Positions 1 to 8,819 of a stretch of DNA of 53,615 bases are shown here, in pieces (within the stretch, counting starts at the first letter, position 1; every line of letters begins with the position of its first letter). Made by a program: the position numbers and the translations under genes. Under the pieces are notes generated by a model. It was given only the letters and a program-made list of their open reading frames with translations, had not been told where the DNA came from and did not search any database. This stretch comes from Bdellovibrionales bacterium RIFOXYD12_FULL_39_22 (lineage in GTDB: Bacteria > Bdellovibrionota > Bacteriovoracia > Bacteriovoracales > Bacteriovoracaceae): positions 62,001-115,615 of the forward strand of contig MEQL01000027.1 of the NCBI GenBank assembly GCA_001770205.1. The letters run 5' to 3'.

Positions 1-2
1 TC

Positions 3-713
3 GATATATACCCGTTTATTCTAATTGCTGTTCACGCTGTTTTGGGCACTTTTTACTATTTGAAAACAAAGCAAAAGTTATTGGCAATCTCATTTTATGC
101 TTTCTGGTCAACACTCTTTACCTACAGTTTTGTAGGTGAAAAAGTTCCCTGGCTGGCCATGTATCCACTGATTTTAGGATTAATGTTTAATATTTTATAC
201 TTAGAAAAAAATAACATCATACAATTTACAGGAAAAAATTGGATTTTGAGTTGGGCACTTCTGTTTTTTATAAACGGTTATACCCTAATAATTGTCAATT
301 ACTCGAGAGCTGGGGCAGACACGGAATTAATTTCGCAAGTTCATACCAACGAAGTTTTTCAAAATACAATGTATAAAATAAGAGATGAAATGAATTATCC
401 AACTAATGGGCATCCGCCTACGTTATTTGCGGAGGAGCTATGGCCCACAAGCTGGTATTTTTACAATAATCCCCAATATAGCTTCTCCTTAGGAGACAAA
501 AAAATTTCCGATTATGATTACGTGTTAGTTGCACAGGATAAATACAAAAATGAGCTTATGGCCACTCATGAAAGTAGCATTATATCTCTTCGCCACTGGT
601 GGGTTCCAGATTATGAAAAATTGTCTCCGCTAAATATTGCGATCTATTTACTCTCAAGACGGCCCTGGAATGATCCGGGGGATGCGAAGGTATCTTTGTA
701 TAAGAAAAAGTAA
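3..713 (+). CDS. 5'-truncated membrane protein, probable TIGR03663/Agl23-like GT-C glycosyltransferase (C-terminal part)
   Basis: Frame is open from the window edge. Several TM helices; motifs EKVPWL, QVHT and WPTSWY resemble this family. Confidence 0.55.
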   Translation, partial: DIYPFILIAVHAVLGTFYYLKTKQKLLAISFYAFWSTLFTYSFVGEKVPWLAMYPLILGLMFNILYLEKNNIIQFTGKNWILSWALLFFINGYTLIIVNYSRAGADTELISQVHTNEVFQNTMYKIRDEMNYPTNGHPPTLFAEELWPTSWYFYNNPQYSFSLGDKKISDYDYVLVAQDKYKNELMATHESSIISLRHWWVPDYEKLSPLNIAIYLLSRRPWNDPGDAKVSLYKKK

Positions 714-727
714 AAAGATCGGAGAAA

Positions 728-1282
728 TTAATCGATGTCTTCACCGCGATAGTTGGCGGTGGTTTGGCCACCAATAAATTCTCCAGCAGAATTAAAATCG
801 CGCAAATTAAGATCGCTTTTAAAATTAAGAGTGGAGGCATCGATTTGTTCACCATCGGTCAAGCGCTTCATAAAAGCAAAAAACTTTTCCTGCGTTTCGC
901 TGCCAATCAAATGCTCCATCAAGCAAGAATCTTGTTTGGCAACAGACTCACTGACTTTTAAAATATCGCGTAAAAAATAAAAAAGTAAGGAGCGAGCAGA
1001 GAGAACGCGATGTACTTCACGATGGCCATCTTCTGTTAATAGGAGAAATTTTGATCCATCTTCTTCACGAATAAGTCCTATTTTTTTTAGATTTCCCAGG
1101 GCAATAGAGACGCTTCCCTTAGTAAGTTTCAAATCTTTTGCGATATCTGTGACTCTCGCGTAACCCTTACTCTCTTTTAAGCGATGAATTGCCAAAATAT
1201 AGTGGGCCATGGAGTGAGTAAGTCGTTTGTCGTCATTGCCTTGTTTTTGCTTGGTTCCCATTTGTATAAATTCTAAAAACAT
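728..1282 (-). CDS. DtxR/MntR family metal-dependent transcriptional regulator
   Basis: HTH 'ARVTDIAKDLKLTKGSVSIAL', 'LTEDG', dimerisation motif 'A..DSCLMEH'. Start may be 1261. Confidence 0.9.
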   Translation of the reverse strand: MFLEFIQMGTKQKQGNDDKRLTHSMAHYILAIHRLKESKGYARVTDIAKDLKLTKGSVSIALGNLKKIGLIREEDGSKFLLLTEDGHREVHRVLSARSLLFYFLRDILKVSESVAKQDSCLMEHLIGSETQEKFFAFMKRLTDGEQIDASTLNFKSDLNLRDFNSAGEFIGGQTTANYRGEDID

Positions 1283-1303
1283 TTGTTATGTGTGTCAAAC
1301 GCC

Positions 1304-1341
1304 AACTAATTTGGTCGGCCACCAATAAGTTCAAATTAGTT
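1304..1341. repeat. 10-bp perfect inverted repeat, candidate operator
   Basis: AACTAATTTG (1304-1313) and CAAATTAGTT (1332-1341), directly upstream of the DtxR-family gene. Confidence 0.5.
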
Positions 1342-1467
1342 AACCAGGCAAAACTATAAGACATATTTTACCCAACTTATCCCCATCTGCCTCCGGTGTT
1401 AATATCAATAGTATAGGTGCGGATGTGGGATGGTTAAGATAAAAAGGCCGCGACAGAGGTCATCTCT

Positions 1468-3123
1468 ATGAAAAATAAGAATCGATCGAAAACAACTATT
1501 ATCAAACATGTCTGTGCCGTTTCATTTGCAGGCCTAACTTTATTTTCTCTTTTAGCGGACTCTACCACCGGTTATCAACCCAAAGCACTTGGCAGTGCGG
1601 GCCTAACAGATCAAGAACAGCAGATCGCAGAGACCTATATACATCAAGGGTTAGTAAACGATGTCTACAAAGAAAGTTGTGCAGGCAAAGAAGATATTTG
1701 CAGTGGCTCTGATCCTGACTCCTCACGAAATAATATGATTGGCGCTCTCTCCAAGGCGTATGCTCTGGTAATCGGAACTATTGATACCAAAATTAAAATG
1801 AAACCCAAGGTTACTGCGGAAGCTTCGCCATCGCCAGGTGCTAATACTGCGACAGAAAAAGCAAAAGAACCAGGCGAAAAAGATGCCGAGGGCAATACGG
1901 AGCAGTATGATTATTGCAAACATATTGCCCAGGCCACCGAAATAGTTACCGCCTTCAAACAGCAAACTGCTCAAGCAAATCTTAATAGTACCGTTCCACC
2001 ACAGGAGGTAATGCAAAGAGAACTCCTTTATCGTGCCGCGCGCGGCCACGAGGCCCGTTCCGAAAATGCTAAGATAAACACTTATGGCTGGGGGGCGACA
2101 ACTACCTGCTACAGTGGATATTTGGCGGCCTCTGCTTGGAGTGGGGGGGCGGCCTCGGCCGGGGTAACTCTTAAGAGCATTTGGTATAAACTGGGGGCGG
2201 CCGGATTGCTTACATATTACTACGCTGATCAGACAAAAAAACATAAAAGCTATGCTGATGAGGTGATGAACATTGCGGAAAAGCTACCAGGTAAAGGCGA
2301 TTGTAATCCTGTTACCGAAGTAGATTGTTACTGCTCGCAGCCAACCACTCAAAACGATCCTAACTACTGTTTGGAAAAAATTTATCAACGACAAGTGGGC
2401 AATGATGCAATCCTCACCACCTGTATTACAGATACAATGGAGAGTGACCCAACTTGCCAGTGTTCGACGACTAATTCTTGCTATGATAAAAAATATATGT
2501 CCAATATTAGTGCACTAGGATTTGGGCCTGGCTTTACTACGCCCAATGTTACGGCCATGAAAGCGTTAACTACTGGCCAATTGTCGGCCAGTAGCGGTAT
2601 CACTGCCGGGGCCATGAATCAGGCCAATGCTGCTCGAGACATTTTGCGCAAGCATGATTCATCTTTTAAATCCCCAGTTACCTTGAGTGAGGAACAGCAA
2701 AAGGATGCAGATGCGTTAGAGAAAATGGGATTTCCTGCTAATTTTTCACGTTCATTGGCGGCCCTCCCCTCTTCGGCGGCAAGTGAAGCAGCAATGGCCA
2801 AATTGCAAGGGCAAAATGGTGGAAAAATAACTACTATTGGTGGTGGTGGCCGGAGTGGTAGTGGCGGCATAGTTATGGAGTTTGAATCGAGTAGCGGAGT
2901 AGGAAAAAAGAATAAAAAAAATGATGATTTAAGTTTTTTAGATAAATTGAAAAATCAAAAGAAGGAACCAACTAATGATGCTACGGTTTTGAATTTCGCC
3001 AAAAAAGCAACAGAGAATGCGGAGATAACCAAAAAAAATAGTGGGAAATCGATTTTTGAAATAATAACTCGCCGCTATCAAGTGACAGGAGTTAGTCGCT
3101 TAAGTGGTGAGGAAAATAAATAG
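1468..3123 (+). CDS. Secreted Cys-rich/Gly-rich hypothetical protein
   Basis: 551 aa ORF, RBS GAGG, N-terminal signal peptide, Cys cluster in the middle, Gly/Ser-rich tail, C-terminal SIFEIITRRY. Confidence 0.8.
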   Translation: MKNKNRSKTTIIKHVCAVSFAGLTLFSLLADSTTGYQPKALGSAGLTDQEQQIAETYIHQGLVNDVYKESCAGKEDICSGSDPDSSRNNMIGALSKAYALVIGTIDTKIKMKPKVTAEASPSPGANTATEKAKEPGEKDAEGNTEQYDYCKHIAQATEIVTAFKQQTAQANLNSTVPPQEVMQRELLYRAARGHEARSENAKINTYGWGATTTCYSGYLAASAWSGGAASAGVTLKSIWYKLGAAGLLTYYYADQTKKHKSYADEVMNIAEKLPGKGDCNPVTEVDCYCSQPTTQNDPNYCLEKIYQRQVGNDAILTTCITDTMESDPTCQCSTTNSCYDKKYMSNISALGFGPGFTTPNVTAMKALTTGQLSASSGITAGAMNQANAARDILRKHDSSFKSPVTLSEEQQKDADALEKMGFPANFSRSLAALPSSAASEAAMAKLQGQNGGKITTIGGGGRSGSGGIVMEFESSSGVGKKNKKNDDLSFLDKLKNQKKEPTNDATVLNFAKKATENAEITKKNSGKSIFEIITRRYQVTGVSRLSGEENK

Positions 3124-3135
3124 GAGATAGAAAGC

Positions 3136-3567
3136 ATGGAAGCAGAATATTTAAGTTCGGAGAGTGCTACCGGCGCAACAGTTATTAACAATGCAAAATA
3201 TCCTCTGCCAATTATTTTGTATGATAGCAGATGCCAACTATGTGAGCGATTCAAAGTTTCACTGGAGCGCGCAAATATTCATGAAAAGTATAATATTGTT
3301 TCTATCCATGATGAGTTAATTTATCAGGCCTATCCGGTGCTAAACCCAGCAGAATGTAAAAAACACATTCACATGATTGAGATAGATGGAAGTATATTAA
3401 AAGGGCCGGATGTTATTGCTAGATTAATCGATAATTTTCCTATTGTTTCAAAATTTGCTTGGCTGATCGAAAGCGATATGGGGAAAAAGACCTTAGATTA
3501 TTTTTATAATATGGCCAGCAGATATCGTGAAAATGTCATCAATCGTTGTGGTAACTGTAATAAATAA
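3136..3567 (+). CDS. DCC1-like thiol-disulfide oxidoreductase (DUF393)
   Basis: ILYDSRCQLC (DxxCxxC) motif, RBS AGGAG. Confidence 0.85.
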   Translation: MEAEYLSSESATGATVINNAKYPLPIILYDSRCQLCERFKVSLERANIHEKYNIVSIHDELIYQAYPVLNPAECKKHIHMIEIDGSILKGPDVIARLIDNFPIVSKFAWLIESDMGKKTLDYFYNMASRYRENVINRCGNCNK

Positions 3568-3701
3568 ATATTTCTATCATATTTAGGGTAATGAAAACAT
3601 CAGAAGTATGCTTCATCTTTTATGTGAAATAATCCCCCCCCCATTATAATTGAGAAACACTGAGAACTTTCCAAATGTCTAACTCGGAAAATTGAAACCT
3701 G

Positions 3702-5180
3702 TTACATCGGCCGTGTTGGAATCCGAAGCGAACTCGATGCGCTAGAGAAAGGGAAAAATGGAAAAATCCCGATCTTTCGTTTGAACCCAGGCCCCCAAGC
3801 TGTAATCTCGATGGATTTCATGTGCCATATATCATTGCTTGGGGTCATCATGAGCGTCACTGCTACGATGTCATCAGCGGGTACTCGTTGAGTTAGCGAT
3901 AGATATTCGTAGTGGGAGGAATAGGCCGGCCAATTCATCGTTCCGTTGACGAAATTGAATACATCCATTAGACCACTGCGATAGTGGATGATGGCATGGA
4001 AGTTAGCGTCCCCCCCTCTCAAATCATCTGCTCCGGTCTTGATATCTAGGGTGACCGTATCCACAAATCCTGTGGGAGTGGGTGGTTTTGATTGGAATGG
4101 CACGACGAGCTCTGTTCTCCCGGCGAAATGCTTGTATGGAACTCGTTTCAAAATCTTATCATATCCGCCTCCGATGCCGCGAACGACGAGCTTGGCCATG
4201 TCCCAGTTATCTCCACTCACTCCACCGGCGAAGGTTGAGATGACTGAGAACGAGTCTAAGTCTGCTTCAGCCACTGGCAGAGGCAAAACCAGTCGAGCGG
4301 TCTCTTCATGGTTGTTAAGCCAGCGCGAACCTAAGTTGACATTCGGAAATGGAATGATCATACCATTCTTGAGTTTGATCATGACGATCGCCATATCGGC
4401 GCCGCCACGCAAATCATCTGCTCCGGTATAAAACTGGAACAAGAGTTCCCGAATCAGGCGGTCGCTCGGATAGTTTGGGTTAGGAAGAAAAATGGGACGA
4501 TTAAAATGATAATTTGGATCTACAAAATATGATCTCCAACCTTCCTCGGGATGCTCTGCGAGAACAAAGGTAGCATCCGATGGATGCGGAATGAGAGTCT
4601 TCACTTCTTTCGGATGATTGGGATCATAGATAAAAATTTTAAAGTCAGTCACGAAGGGCCCGAAATCCCCCGTGTAGCGTCCTAAATCATAACCGATGGC
4701 CAACACTTGGTGAGACCCCATCGATGCTCCTTGAAGACCAAGAACGACAGGTTCTCCGCGGTCAATGAAACTTCGAAGCTCACTAATGCGCGCAGATCCA
4801 ATGCCCCAGTTAAAGAACTCCCGATTTCGAATTCCATCAGGGTTAAATCCATATTCTGCCCAACGATCGAGATTGGCCATAATGGAATCCACCTGTCTTC
4901 CGTAGAGATAATTCTGCAATGTCGTTCCTGGCGCCGGACGATAATCTTGGCGAGGGACTTGAATTTTTCCATAATAGAAATCGAGTGCGGCGTAGGCCAT
5001 TCCGCCACAGAGTCCAGAAGTTCGAATCTCCAATTCCGGAACCGCGTTATTGGCAAAGGTATTAGCGAAGCGGAAGCCGTATCCGTCGGGTTTAAATTTG
5101 GTCCAGACTGGAGTGGCAAAGATGGAGGACGAAATAAAGAATATTCCAAGGGATACCGAGAGTAGTGTTGTTGTTTTCAT
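3702..5180 (-). CDS. Secreted papain-like cysteine protease with two repeated C-terminal beta domains
   Basis: Signal peptide; GLCGGM / HQVLAIGY / YDPN triad pattern; two TGADDLRGG repeats (exact 17-nt repeat at 4021-4037 and 4411-4427); visibly GC-richer than flanks. Confidence 0.7.
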   Translation of the reverse strand: MKTTTLLSVSLGIFFISSSIFATPVWTKFKPDGYGFRFANTFANNAVPELEIRTSGLCGGMAYAALDFYYGKIQVPRQDYRPAPGTTLQNYLYGRQVDSIMANLDRWAEYGFNPDGIRNREFFNWGIGSARISELRSFIDRGEPVVLGLQGASMGSHQVLAIGYDLGRYTGDFGPFVTDFKIFIYDPNHPKEVKTLIPHPSDATFVLAEHPEEGWRSYFVDPNYHFNRPIFLPNPNYPSDRLIRELLFQFYTGADDLRGGADMAIVMIKLKNGMIIPFPNVNLGSRWLNNHEETARLVLPLPVAEADLDSFSVISTFAGGVSGDNWDMAKLVVRGIGGGYDKILKRVPYKHFAGRTELVVPFQSKPPTPTGFVDTVTLDIKTGADDLRGGDANFHAIIHYRSGLMDVFNFVNGTMNWPAYSSHYEYLSLTQRVPADDIVAVTLMMTPSNDIWHMKSIEITAWGPGFKRKIGIFPFFPFSSASSSLRIPTRPM

Positions 5181-5427
5181 AGGCCGGAACTTATCAGAAA
5201 TTTATTCTGATTTCAAACGATTTTAAAAAAAACATACGTAATTCGGAAGTGCCAACAAGAACCATCGAGAGAGATTAAATTGACCGAAGTACTTTCTGGG
5301 AGCGCATTGCAACAAAATGTTACTGCCGGAAAAAATGGAGTAAGTCCAACAAATGCTCTCGGAATGCTTTTCAATGGAAAAATACTACCATTTTTTAAAC
5401 AAACGTAGAATCACACTGACCAGTTAC

Positions 5428-5543
5428 AAATTTCCTTGGCTGATTGAAGGTGATATGGGAAAAAGTATGCTAGACCCTTTTTACTAGATGGCCAGCAAGT
5501 ATCGCGAAAATGTTATCAGTTACATACTAACTGTTGCAAATAA
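5428..5543 (+). pseudogene. Degenerate duplicate of the 3' end of the DCC1-like gene
   Basis: Aligns to 3451-3567: KFPWLIEGDMGKSMLDPFY*MASKYRENVIS vs KFAWLIESDMGKKTLDYFYNMASRYRENVIN. Contains an internal TAG and a 1-nt deletion. Confidence 0.85.
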
Positions 5544-5575
5544 GTATCCCGGACCTCGGCCAAGGAGTTTAGAAT

Positions 5576-6301
5576 ATGCTTCCTTTTGAGAAGGCCATTG
5601 TCATTATTCCTACCTACAATGAAATTGCGAATATTGCTAAAATGATTGAAGCTGTTTTTGGCCTGTATCCAAATATTAATCTGCTTATTATTGATGATGG
5701 CTCTCCAGATGGCACCGCAGAAATTGTTCGCAATATGCAGCGAAATTTTAAAAACCTACACTTGATTGAACGCTCCGGGAAATTAGGATTGGGGACGGCG
5801 TACATCAAAGGATTTAAATGGGCCTTAGAGCGAAATTTCGATTTTGTTTTTGAAATGGACTGTGATTTTTCTCATGATCCCAAAGATATTTCTCGCCTAT
5901 TGGCGGCCGCTCAAAGTAGTGATTTAGTGATTGGTTCGCGCTACATTGACGGAATAAGAATTATTAATTGGCCGTTTAAACGACTACTTCTCTCTTATTG
6001 CGCGTCAATCTATACACGCTTTATTACCGCCATTCCCGTCTTGGATACAACGGGAGGTTTTAAGTGTTTTACACGTAAGGCCTTGCAGGCAATTAATATG
6101 GATAAAATTATTTCTAACGGCTATTCATTTCAGTTGGAGTTGAATTATAAAATTTGGGCCAGAGGTCTTTCGATAAAAGAGATCCCTATCATTTTCACTG
6201 AGCGGCGAGATGGCCAGTCGAAAATGAGTGGAGGAATTGTTCTGGAGGCGATTTTTGCGGTTTTCTTTTTACGAATTAAAAAAATGCTGGGAATGATTTA
6301 G
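5576..6301 (+). CDS. Polyprenol monophosphomannose synthase (GT2, Dpm1/Ppm1-like)
   Basis: IIPTYNE, DDGSPDGT, GKLGLGTAY, EMDCDFSH, GSRY, F.ERR.G.SKM motifs; RBS AAGGAG. Confidence 0.92.
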   Translation: MLPFEKAIVIIPTYNEIANIAKMIEAVFGLYPNINLLIIDDGSPDGTAEIVRNMQRNFKNLHLIERSGKLGLGTAYIKGFKWALERNFDFVFEMDCDFSHDPKDISRLLAAAQSSDLVIGSRYIDGIRIINWPFKRLLLSYCASIYTRFITAIPVLDTTGGFKCFTRKALQAINMDKIISNGYSFQLELNYKIWARGLSIKEIPIIFTERRDGQSKMSGGIVLEAIFAVFFLRIKKMLGMI

Positions 6302-6315
6302 TAGATGGCCATTAA

Positions 6316-7956
6316 TCAAAACATTACTCGCCACCCAGACTGGGTAGTTATAAATTTCAGGCCAGCTAGAAAGTTAGAAAAGATATCATGATTGAAGGAC
6401 TTGTTTGCAAAATGATTTTCTAAAATGAGTCGGCGAAGAAGTGCAATTCCCAAGGCCTCTCGTTTATTCAGCAAGCTATTGTCTTCATTAATTGCCAGTA
6501 AATTGTCGATATGACAGTCATTGCTTATTATAGGTAATCCTTTTAAAAAATTAATCATTCTGCCGATTACAAAAAGGGTATAGATATCATCCTTGGTAAT
6601 TGTCGTATTGACATTATCATTTCCCATGCATGTTAAACGTGCCCGAAAAAAATCTCTCTCATTTTGCGGCGGAAAAAAATCAGCAATGGAAGTGCCAGGA
6701 ATTAGATAGAAAGGGGATAGTCCAATCAGGATGGGCAATTCGCAGAGAAAGATTAGTGTATTTATCATGGTTTGAATTGATTCACCAGGGAGTCCCAATA
6801 TTTGATAAGAGGTAATTTTATAACCCAACTTCCAGGCCGCTAGCACTGTTTTTTGAAATTTTTCTAAATCTATTTGGCGTGATGATGCTTGGGCACTAGC
6901 TTGAGCAGTGGACACAAGAGAAATATTTAAATGAGAAAATCCGACGGAGTGCATGTTGGCCAAAAGCTCGTCATCCAAAGAAATATAACTAATTCCATTC
7001 ATGGCCAAAAATTCAAGTTCACTATCTTTAAATTTTTCACCGATGGACTTGCATAGATTCATCATGCGTCTTCGATTAAAGGTAAGATTGTCATCTTCAA
7101 AGTCAATTATTCTGACTCCTGCCTGATAGTAGTGCTCAATTTCGTGAACGATACTTTCAACTGTTCGTTGGCGATATTTTTTGCCAAAAATGGAGTGTAC
7201 TGAACAAAAAGAGCAGTGGTGAGGACATCCTCTTGAACTGAGGACAAAGGCAATTTTTTTTTTGTAAAACTTATACGGCCAAGGAGTCAGTTGATTGTCA
7301 TTGGAAGCAGGAGACGGAATTTCATCAATATGAAAATTTTCTTCAATTTTATTCAAAATGATTTGAAAAGAATTGCTGCTAGCGCTGGCATATTTTTTAT
7401 ACCCAAGAGAGGAGACATTTTCAATTGGACGCATACCTTGCAGATATTCTAAAAATTGCACAAAAGGACGTTCTCCTTCGCCCCTAATAATGTAATCAAT
7501 TTCAGGATGGGAAATAACTTCATTCGGACAGGCGGAAGGATGGCCCCCGCCTAAAAGTATAGGGATTTTAAACTCGTGTTTAATTGCGAGGGCCAATTCC
7601 CTTACAACGGAAAAATATGGGGTAAAAAGAGCGGATATGGCAATTAAATCAGGATTGATTTCTTCGATATCTTCTATGATTTTTTTGTTACTTGCTCCAA
7701 AGCGAAAGTAGTGGCCAAAAGTACAAAAAGGAGATTTGTCGCTAGGATCGTAATATTTTTTCAGATCATGAAGCTCGACCGGAAGGGGAATGTTTTTTTT
7801 GCCGTGTCCATGATGATAGTCGCGCAAGACTATTTCTATCTCGGGAAGAAACTTATTAACGGACGCTTTTAAATAGGTCAATCCCAACGGCAGCAGGCGA
7901 ATATCCGTGTCATAAAAATCTTCTATAGGAGGTTGGATAAGAAGAACTTTCATCAT
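6316..7956 (-). CDS. Cobalamin-binding radical SAM protein
   Basis: N-terminal B12-binding domain (LLPLGL, LGGGHPS, RGEGE); SRGCPHHCSFC (CxxxCxxC); FEDDN. Start reassigned to MMKVLLIQPP. Confidence 0.9.
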   Translation of the reverse strand: MMKVLLIQPPIEDFYDTDIRLLPLGLTYLKASVNKFLPEIEIVLRDYHHGHGKKNIPLPVELHDLKKYYDPSDKSPFCTFGHYFRFGASNKKIIEDIEEINPDLIAISALFTPYFSVVRELALAIKHEFKIPILLGGGHPSACPNEVISHPEIDYIIRGEGERPFVQFLEYLQGMRPIENVSSLGYKKYASASSNSFQIILNKIEENFHIDEIPSPASNDNQLTPWPYKFYKKKIAFVLSSRGCPHHCSFCSVHSIFGKKYRQRTVESIVHEIEHYYQAGVRIIDFEDDNLTFNRRRMMNLCKSIGEKFKDSELEFLAMNGISYISLDDELLANMHSVGFSHLNISLVSTAQASAQASSRQIDLEKFQKTVLAAWKLGYKITSYQILGLPGESIQTMINTLIFLCELPILIGLSPFYLIPGTSIADFFPPQNERDFFRARLTCMGNDNVNTTITKDDIYTLFVIGRMINFLKGLPIISNDCHIDNLLAINEDNSLLNKREALGIALLRRLILENHFANKSFNHDIFSNFLAGLKFITTQSGWRVMF

Positions 7957-8008
7957 GGTAATTATTAGGGTAAACTTTTCATAATGCAACCTTTGCGAGG
8001 ATAATTTT

Positions 8009-8695
8009 ATGAAAACCAATAAAATGGCAATGAAAAAAAAGTGGTTTTTATATGTCATTTTAACCACGCGCAATAGACTTTATACTGGGATAACTACGGA
8101 TATACAACGGCGTTTTTTAGAGCATAAGACATCATCTAAAAAGGGTGCAAAGTTTTTTCGTTCAGATTCACCTAAGCAAATAATTTACACAAAAGTTTTT
8201 AAAAATAGATCGGCAGCGAGCTTAGCTGAAGCGGCAATAAAAAAACTTTCACGGTTGGAAAAACTTAAAATGATTTTTTCTTCGAAGATTATCGGGGTAA
8301 GTCGCTGTCTTCTAGGTGAGTGCGTTCGTTATGACGGTGGCCACAAACTAAATTCATGGATTGTCGAGGAATTGGCCAAAGTTGCAACGCTGATTTCTGT
8401 CTGTCCAGAGGAAGAGGCAGGATTTGGAGTTCCTCGTCTACCCATGCATCTTGTGGAGTCTGTTGGCGAAAATGGCCAGCGATCATTTCGAATGGTTATT
8501 ACGGCCACCGGAAAAGATGTTACAGATCTCTTTGTTGATTGGATGGAGAAATGGTTTAAAAAAAATAGTAGTATCCAATTCGATGGCTTTATTTTCAAAA
8601 GCAAATCCCCAAGCTGTGGAGTGTTAAGTGGAGGCCTTTTTTCAACAGAATTCAGACGGCGTTATCCCGCGGCCATTGTGTTAGAGGATATCTAA
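8009..8695 (+). CDS. GIY-YIG nuclease (UPF0213/YhbQ-like) fused to DUF523 (TudS-like thiouracil desulfidase)
   Basis: N-half: LYVI..LYTGITTD..RR..EH..GAKF..AEAAIK. C-half: GVSRCLLG..VRYDG, VCPE..G.GVPR, KSKSPSCG. RBS GAGG. Confidence 0.85.
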   Translation: MKTNKMAMKKKWFLYVILTTRNRLYTGITTDIQRRFLEHKTSSKKGAKFFRSDSPKQIIYTKVFKNRSAASLAEAAIKKLSRLEKLKMIFSSKIIGVSRCLLGECVRYDGGHKLNSWIVEELAKVATLISVCPEEEAGFGVPRLPMHLVESVGENGQRSFRMVITATGKDVTDLFVDWMEKWFKKNSSIQFDGFIFKSKSPSCGVLSGGLFSTEFRRRYPAAIVLEDI

Positions 8696-8761
8696 CTCAA
8701 AGCTACCAAAGCAGTTTTAATTAAATCTCCATAAATTGATAATTGATTTTATATAAATGTT

Positions 8762-8794
8762 TTTACACTTTTTTTATATCTTTTTTTGTAAAAT
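8762..8794 (+). promoter_or_regulatory. KdpE-binding site with adjacent -10 element
   Basis: TTTACA-CTTTT-TTTATA (8762-8778) mirrors the E. coli KdpE site TTTATA-CTTTT-TTTACA; TAAAAT at 8789-8794; lies directly upstream of kdpA. Confidence 0.7.
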
Positions 8795-8819
8795 CGTTTA
8801 TTGGCCATAGGAGGATTTT

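Noticed and set aside
1347..1425. c-di-GMP-I (GEMM) riboswitch, suggested by GGCAAAAC, GCCTCCGG and TAGGTGCGG
   Set aside because: No GAAA-capped P2 stem and no GACGCAAA junction; kept only as a generic stem-loop.
5230..5408. Short open frame ...LTEVLSGSALQQNVTAGKNGVSPTNALGMLFNGKILPFFKQT* as a gene remnant
   Set aside because: No recognisable family or convincing start; cannot be supported without a search.
7957..8073. Long N-terminal extension of the radical SAM ORF overlapping the GIY-YIG gene
   Set aside because: Family-typical start is MKVLLIQPP; the extension is shadow sequence.
8696..8819. kdpF small gene
   Set aside because: No suitable ~30-aa hydrophobic ORF with a start codon seen; the space is taken by the promoter.
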